UHGV virus genome: UHGV-0317858
Strand: one strand, 5' to 3'
DNA length: 12,330 bases
From: a virus
The notes beneath the pieces were generated by a model. That model was not told the origin of the DNA. It saw only the letters and a list, made by a program, of their open reading frames with translations, and did no database searches. Of the stretch, positions 7,371 to 12,330 are shown in pieces (within the stretch, counting starts at the first letter, position 1; every line of letters starts with the position of its first letter). Position numbers and translations under genes: made by a program.

Positions 7371-10300
7371 ATGGCAGTACGGATTTCAGGTGTACTGAAA
7401 GATGGCGCAGGTAAGCCGATACAAAACTGCACCATTCAGCTAAAGGCCAGGCGCAACAGCACCACGGTGGTGGTGAACACAGTGGCCTCAGAAAACCCGG
7501 ATGAAGCCGGGCGTTACACAATGGACGTCGAGTATGGTCAGTACAGCGTCAGTCTGTTGGTGGAGGGATTCCCGCCGTCACACGCCGGGATTATCACCGT
7601 ATATGAGGACTCAAAGCCGGGCACACTGAATGATTTCCTCGGTGCAATGACGGAGGATGATGTCCGGCCAGAGGCACTGCGCCGTTTTGAACTGATGGTG
7701 GAAGAGGTGGCGCGTAACGCGTCCGCAGTGGCACAGAACACGGCAGCCGCGAAGAAGTCAGCCGGCGATGCCGGCACATCTGCCCGTGAGGCGGCAACCC
7801 ATGCGACTGATGCTGCAGGCTCAGCACGCGCAGCCAGCACGTCAGCCGGACAGGCCGCTTCGTCGGCTCAGTCAGCGTCTTCCAGCGCAGGAACGGCATC
7901 AGCAAAGGCCACTGAAGCATCAAAAAGTGCTGCCGCTGCAGAGTCCTCAAAAAGCGCGGCGGCCACCAGTGCCGCTGCGGCAAAAACGTCAGAAACGAAT
8001 GCGGCAGCGTCACAACAATCAGCAGCCACTTCAGCATCCACCGCGACCACGAAAGCGTCAGAAGCTGCCACCTCAGCCCGGGATGCGTCGGCTTCAAAAG
8101 AGGCGGCAAAATCATCAGAAACGAGCGCAGCCTCGAGCGCCAGCAGCGCAGCTTCCTCGGCAACGGCGACAGCAAATTCTGCGAAGGCGGCAAAAACGTC
8201 CGAGACGAACGCCAAGGCTTCTGAAACGGCAGCGGGACAGAGTGCCTCAGCTGCGGCAGGCTCAAAAACAGCGGCTGCGTCGTCTGCCAGTGCCGCGTCA
8301 ACAAGTGCCGGGCAGGCCTCAGCCAGTGCCACCGCCGCCGGAAAATCGGCAGAAAGTGCTGCATCGTCCGCTTCAACAGCCACAACGAAGGCTGGCGAAG
8401 CCGCTGTACAGGCCAGCGCAGCAGCGAGGTCTGCTTCCGCAGCGAAGACATCCGAAACGAATGCGAAAGCGTCGGAAACCCGTGCAGAATCCTCAAAAAC
8501 GGCAGCCGCATCGTCCGCCAGTTCGGCAGCGTCATCGGCATCATCTGCGTCTGCTTCAAAAGATGAGGCGACCAGACAGGCGTCAGCAGCGAAGGGCAGC
8601 GCCACGACGGCATCCACGAAAGCAACAGAGGCGGCAGGCAGTGCGACGGCAGCATCTCAGAGCAAAACTGCTGCTGAATCCGCTGCGACCCGTGCGGAAG
8701 CTGCTGCTGATCGTGCTGAAGAGATTGCCGGTGCAGTTGCGATGGAAGACGCAAGCCTTACAACTAAAGGTGTTGTGAAACTTAGCAGTGCTGTTGATAG
8801 CACCAGTGAATCGCTGGCCGCAACGCCAAAAGCAGTTAAAGCAGCCAATGACAATGCGAATAGCAGGGTGCCATCTAACCGAAAAGTTAACGGAAAAGCA
8901 CTGACTGCGGATATAACATTAACGCCGAAAGATATTGGTACTTTAAATTCAGTAACGATGTCTTTCTCTGGCGGGGCTGGGTGGTTCAAACTGGCTACGG
9001 TTACCATGCCACAAGCGAGTTCCATCGTTTACATCGCATTGATTGGTGGCGCTGGTTACAACGTCGGTTCCCCACATCAGGCAGGCATTTCAGAACTGGT
9101 TCTACGAGCAGGCAATGGAAACCCCAAAGGAATTACCGGGGCTTTGTGGAAGCGTACAGCCGTCGGATTAACGAATTTCGCCTGGATCAACACATCCGGC
9201 GATACATATGATATTTACGTTGAGATTGGCAATTATGCGACTCGTGTAAATATCCATTGGGATTGTACTGCAAATGCGACAGTTTCTATTTATACATCGC
9301 CAACATATTCAGCGAGTAAGCCTTCCAGCGTTACCGATGGTGTTGTTTATACGATGTATAGCACACATCAGAAACCGACGCCGTTAGATATTGGAGCACT
9401 GCCAACAACCGGAGGAACAGTTTCAGGTCCGTTGTCTGTTACAGGTGGATTAACTGGTTCATTGAATGGTAATGCAAGTACAGCCACGAAATTGCAGACG
9501 GCAAGATCTATCGGTGGAGTTGTTTTCGACGGTTCTGCAAATATTAACCTTCCAGGTGTAAACACTACGGGTAATCAGAACACCACTGGTAATGCTGCAA
9601 CTGCTACAAAACTTCAGACTGCAAGAAAAATATCCGGTGTTCCATTTGATGGTTCTACTGATATCACTTTAACCGCCGCGCATGTGGCTGCTTTTGCCAG
9701 AAGAGCAACGGATGCGTATGCCGATGCGGATGGGGGCGTTCCATGGAATGCCGAATCAGGCGCTTACAATGTCACCCGCTCTGGCGACAGCTATATTCTG
9801 GTTAACTTCTATACCGGAGTCGGAAGTTGCCGGACCTTGCAGATGAAGGCGCATTACAGAAATGGTGGTCTGTTCTACCGTTCTTCAAGAGACGGTTATG
9901 GTTTTGAAAGTGGTTGGGCGCAGCTTTACACCTCGGCTCATCCTCCTGCAGAGTTTTATCCAGTCGGTGCACCAATCCCGTGGCCATCAGATACCGTTCC
10001 GTCTGGTTATGCCCTGATGCAGGGGCAGACTTTTGACAAATCTGCCTACCCGAAACTTGCTGCCGCTTATCCGTCAGGCGTGATCCCTGATATGCGTGGC
10101 TGGACGATTAAGGGCAAACCTGCCAGTGGTCGTGCCGTATTGTCTCAGGAACAGGACGGCATTAAATCGCACACCCACAGCGCCAGCGCATCCAGTACGG
10201 ATTTGGGGACGAAAACCACATCGTCGTTTGATTACGGCACTAAATCCACGAATAACACCGGGGCGCATACGCACAGTCTGAGTGGCTCTACGGGGTCTGC

Positions 10301-10661
10301 CGGTGCTCATACTCATGGTAATGGTATTCGTTGGCCAGGAGGCGGCGGTTCTGCGTTAGCATTTTATGATGGCGGTGGGTTCACTTATGTCAAGGATTCA
10401 CAGTATCAAGTAAGCCCGGGGACTTCTTCCAGTAGATCGTATTATCAACGTATTCAGACACAGTCAGCAGGTGCTCATACCCACTCGCTGTCTGGTACTG
10501 CAGCAAGTTCTGGCGCACATGCACATACTGTAGGTATTGGTGCGCATACGCACTCGGTTGCGATTGGCTCACATGGACACACCATCACCGTTAACGCTGC
10601 TGGTAACGCGGAAAACACCGTCAAAAACATCGCATTTAACTATATTGTGAGGCTTGCATAA
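7371..10661 (+). CDS. stfR: Side tail fibre protein (lambda Stf-like N-terminus, Ala/Ser-rich quasi-repeat shaft, His-rich C-terminal receptor-binding domain)
   Basis: 1096 aa. The N-terminus ([49 protein letters not shown]...) matches lambda/Rac Stf. A long low-complexity A/S/T/K/E region follows. The C-terminal part carries a duplicated ATKLQTAR...FDGS motif and multiple H-x-H motifs (GAHTHS). The stop TAA overlaps the tfa start (TAATG). Confidence 0.9.
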   Translation: MAVRISGVLKDGAGKPIQNCTIQLKARRNSTTVVVNTVASENPDEAGRYTMDVEYGQYSVSLLVEGFPPSHAGIITVYEDSKPGTLNDFLGAMTEDDVRPEALRRFELMVEEVARNASAVAQNTAAAKKSAGDAGTSAREAATHATDAAGSARAASTSAGQAASSAQSASSSAGTASAKATEASKSAAAAESSKSAAATSAAAAKTSETNAAASQQSAATSASTATTKASEAATSARDASASKEAAKSSETSAASSASSAASSATATANSAKAAKTSETNAKASETAAGQSASAAAGSKTAAASSASAASTSAGQASASATAAGKSAESAASSASTATTKAGEAAVQASAAARSASAAKTSETNAKASETRAESSKTAAASSASSAASSASSASASKDEATRQASAAKGSATTASTKATEAAGSATAASQSKTAAESAATRAEAAADRAEEIAGAVAMEDASLTTKGVVKLSSAVDSTSESLAATPKAVKAANDNANSRVPSNRKVNGKALTADITLTPKDIGTLNSVTMSFSGGAGWFKLATVTMPQASSIVYIALIGGAGYNVGSPHQAGISELVLRAGNGNPKGITGALWKRTAVGLTNFAWINTSGDTYDIYVEIGNYATRVNIHWDCTANATVSIYTSPTYSASKPSSVTDGVVYTMYSTHQKPTPLDIGALPTTGGTVSGPLSVTGGLTGSLNGNASTATKLQTARSIGGVVFDGSANINLPGVNTTGNQNTTGNAATATKLQTARKISGVPFDGSTDITLTAAHVAAFARRATDAYADADGGVPWNAESGAYNVTRSGDSYILVNFYTGVGSCRTLQMKAHYRNGGLFYRSSRDGYGFESGWAQLYTSAHPPAEFYPVGAPIPWPSDTVPSGYALMQGQTFDKSAYPKLAAAYPSGVIPDMRGWTIKGKPASGRAVLSQEQDGIKSHTHSASASSTDLGTKTTSSFDYGTKSTNNTGAHTHSLSGSTGSAGAHTHGNGIRWPGGGGSALAFYDGGGFTYVKDSQYQVSPGTSSSRSYYQRIQTQSAGAHTHSLSGTAASSGAHAHTVGIGAHTHSVAIGSHGHTITVNAAGNAENTVKNIAFNYIVRLA
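7700..8760 (+). repeat. Imperfect tandem coding repeats specifying the Ala/Ser-rich fibrous shaft of Stf
   Basis: Recurring peptide units such as [24 protein letters not shown] and [26 protein letters not shown] appear several times. The region is stop-free in several frames on both strands, which produces the spurious ORFs at 7768-8778 (+), 7594-8754 (-) and 7868-8617 (-). Confidence 0.6.
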
Positions 10662-11245
10662 TGACATTCAGAATGAGTGAACAACCACGGACCATAAAAA
10701 TTTATAATCTGCTGGCCGGAACTAATGAATTTATTGGTGAAGGTGACGCATATATTCCGCCTCATACAGGTCTGCCTGCAAACAGTACCGATATTGCACC
10801 GCCAGATATTCCGGCAGGCTTCGTGGCTGTTTTCAACAGTGATGAGGCATCGTGGCATCTCGTTGAAGACCATCGTGGTAAAACGGTCTATGACGTGGCT
10901 TCCGGCGACGCGTTATTTATTTCTGAACTCGGCTCATTACCGGAAAATGTCACCTGGTTATCCCCGGAAGGGGAGTTTCAGAAGTGGAACGGTACAGTCT
11001 GGGTGAAGGATACGGAAGCAGAAAAACTGTTCCGGATCCGGGAGGCGGAAGAAACAAAAAACAGCCTGATGCAGGTAGCCAGTGAGCATATAGCGCCGCT
11101 TCAGGATGCTGTAGATCTGGAGATCGCAACGGAAGAAGAGGCGTCGTTGCTGGAAGCCTGGAAGAAGTATCGGGTATTGCTGAACCGTGTTGATACATCA
11201 ACTGCACCTGATATTGAGTGGCCTGCAAATCCTGTCAGGGAGTAA
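10661..11245 (+). CDS. tfaR: Tail fibre assembly protein (Tfa chaperone)
   Basis: 194 aa ([54 protein letters not shown]...[19 protein letters not shown]), near-identical to lambda Tfa as I recall it. The start overlaps the stf stop. Confidence 0.9.
   Translation: MTFRMSEQPRTIKIYNLLAGTNEFIGEGDAYIPPHTGLPANSTDIAPPDIPAGFVAVFNSDEASWHLVEDHRGKTVYDVASGDALFISELGSLPENVTWLSPEGEFQKWNGTVWVKDTEAEKLFRIREAEETKNSLMQVASEHIAPLQDAVDLEIATEEEASLLEAWKKYRVLLNRVDTSTAPDIEWPANPVRE
11081..11200 (+). repeat. Direct repeat copy 1 (the 3-prime end of tfa), about 87% identical to 12130-12249
   Basis: Hand alignment of the two 120-nt segments gives about 15 mismatches with no gaps. Both encode [19 protein letters not shown][20 protein letters not shown]. 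Confidence 0.7.
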
Positions 11246-11258
11246 TCATTGGGATTAT

Positions 11259-11293
11259 GCCGCAGCACGTCGTGCGCAAGAACGTGCTGCGGC
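11259..11293. terminator. Perfect 11-bp inverted repeat hairpin between the convergent tfa and methyltransferase genes; candidate bidirectional terminator
   Basis: GCCGCAGCACG (11259-11269) and CGTGCTGCGGC (11283-11293) are exact reverse complements with a 13-nt loop, and a T-run follows at 11303-11308. The T-run also overlaps the minus-strand gene end, so terminator function is plausible but not certain. Confidence 0.45.
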
Positions 11294-11299
11294 TGGATG

Positions 11300-11968
11300 C
11301 TATTTTTTCCCTGAAGCGGAAAACATTACTACAGTACCTTTAATCTTGGTTTTAACATTCTCGAAATGCTCTGAGAGTATATGTGTTAAGCCTTCTTCGG
11401 AATCTTTTGTGTTTGAAAAGATGCCTTTTTGATTGTAAATGCGCATCAGTTTTTGACCGAAGCTATTGTGCACAACGCCGTCACCAAGAATTGTGGCTCC
11501 GTATAGAGTTCCATCGTCAGTTAAGGCCTGCGCCGCATTGCGTATTACACAGCTTTTTGTAGATATATTTCCAGGCAGGCAGTGAAGAAGGTAAAACATG
11601 GAAATGGAATCAAATTGACCATGTAACGCCGCGGGATAAGGTTCAAAAACATCATGGCTAATTTTATGTTTAATTTTTGATTCCCCAGCCCTTGTAGATG
11701 CCGCGTTCAGGCTAGTTTCGTTCAAATCCATTAAAGATATCAGACTACTCTCAGGTACGTGAGTAAGGTAAAACCCAGTTCCAACACCAATATCCAGATG
11801 GTTGTTACCTAAATGTTCCAGAAAGTGTGGAAGGAGGTGTTCCTTTGTAGGACATCCCCATGCAAGCCGATTTGATACTCCCAAAACCCACCAGTCATAA
11901 AGCTTTAGGGTAAGTGGTGTGTAAATTTTAGCCCCATCATCTGTGTTTTTTTTCATTAATTTCACCAT
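11300..11968 (-). CDS. Class I (Rossmann-fold) SAM-dependent methyltransferase of unknown substrate; AT-rich cargo gene
   Basis: 222 aa with a canonical motif I (HLDIGVGTGFY), an acidic residue closing beta-2 (LISLMDLNE), a motif II-like segment (FDSISMFYLLHCL) and a motif III-like segment (LTDDGTLYGATI). No DPPY/NPPY or other DNA-methyltransferase target-recognition motifs. Visibly AT-rich relative to the neighbouring tail genes, with a weak RBS. Confidence 0.6.
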   Translation of the reverse strand: MVKLMKKNTDDGAKIYTPLTLKLYDWWVLGVSNRLAWGCPTKEHLLPHFLEHLGNNHLDIGVGTGFYLTHVPESSLISLMDLNETSLNAASTRAGESKIKHKISHDVFEPYPAALHGQFDSISMFYLLHCLPGNISTKSCVIRNAAQALTDDGTLYGATILGDGVVHNSFGQKLMRIYNQKGIFSNTKDSEEGLTHILSEHFENVKTKIKGTVVMFSASGKK

Positions 11969-12024
11969 GTTATAGTTTTATTTGTGAATTAAATCAATTA
12001 TGGCGATGAATTACAAGGGGTTAA

Positions 12025-12330
12025 ATGCTGCCGCAGCATAGCGATATTGAAATAGCCTGGTATGCTTCGATACAGCAGGAGCCGAATGGCTGGAAGACCG
12101 TCATCATACAGTTCTACATCCAGGAGTTCAGTGAGTATATTGCGCCACTGCAGGATGCTGTAGATCTGGAAATCGCAACGGAGGAAGAAAGATCGTTGCT
12201 GGAGGCATGGAATAAATATCGGGTATTGCTGAATCGTGTTGATACATCAGTAGCTCTGGGTATGAAGCTGATTGTAACTCATGTTACAGTAACGGTCATT
12301 GCTATCTCGAAGGTGCAAAATGTATATTGA
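12025..12330 (+). pseudogene. Chimeric ORF carrying a Tfa C-terminal domain signature (probable tail fibre assembly gene remnant)
   Basis: 101 aa. The central segment ([38 protein letters not shown]) is a Tfa C-terminal domain, but the N-terminal 35 residues and the last 26 residues ([26 protein letters not shown]) do not resemble Tfa. The stop coincides with the window end, so downstream context cannot be seen. Confidence 0.4.
12130..12249 (+). repeat. Direct repeat copy 2 (tfa 3-prime end homologue inside a chimeric ORF)
   Basis: See copy 1; same orientation, about 1.05 kb downstream. Confidence 0.7.

Noticed and set aside
7594-8778. Three long overlapping ORFs (7768-8778 +, 7594-8754 -, 7868-8617 -) in the stf repeat region
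   Set aside because: Artefacts of the periodic Ala/Ser codon repeats. Their compositions are extreme (for example poly R/Q/P or poly A/D) and they lie within the stf frame, which is conserved relative to lambda Stf.
11300-11968. Expectation that the minus-strand gene after tfa would be a Pin/Gin-type serine invertase controlling an invertible tail fibre segment
   Set aside because: The product has a SAM-methyltransferase motif I (DIGVGTG) and no serine-recombinase catalytic N-terminus or helix-turn-helix C-terminus. The flanking tfa-derived repeats are in direct, not inverted, orientation, so a G-segment-like invertible element is not supported.
1-12330. Search for tRNA genes, CRISPR repeats, IS terminal inverted repeats or an attachment site
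   Set aside because: No cloverleaf-compatible segments, no regularly spaced short direct repeats and no transposase-like ORFs were seen. Prophage ends are evidently outside this window.

Overview
This window reads as the late-region remnant of a defective Rac/lambda-like prophage of an enterobacterium (E. coli-type). Left to right on the + strand: the 3-prime part of the Rz spanin gene with the Rz1 lipoprotein gene nested in its +1 frame; an AT-rich TrkH/TrkG-family potassium transporter gene (trkG) with its own terminator; a translationally coupled pair encoding a ParB/Srx-like N-terminal-domain protein and a GT-A-fold glycosyltransferase-like protein; an N-terminally truncated tail-tip host-specificity protein J; an intact lom outer-membrane protein gene bracketed by two intrinsic terminators; a long side tail fibre gene (stf) with an Ala/Ser-rich quasi-repeat core and a His-rich C-terminal domain; and the tail fibre assembly gene (tfa). 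Downstream of tfa, where a Pin-type invertase would be expected, there is instead an AT-rich minus-strand class I SAM-dependent methyltransferase gene, bounded by two direct copies (about 87% identical) of the tfa 3-prime end. No head, portal, terminase or tail-shaft genes lie between the lysis genes and J, so the prophage is cryptic. The two most interesting loci are the ParB-like/glycosyltransferase pair (2191-3712) and the methyltransferase cargo cassette (11246-12330). No tRNA, rRNA, CRISPR array or IS element was recognised. All homology statements rest on motif recognition and recalled reference proteins (lambda Rz, Rz1, J, Lom, Stf, Tfa; E. coli TrkG), not on a database search.
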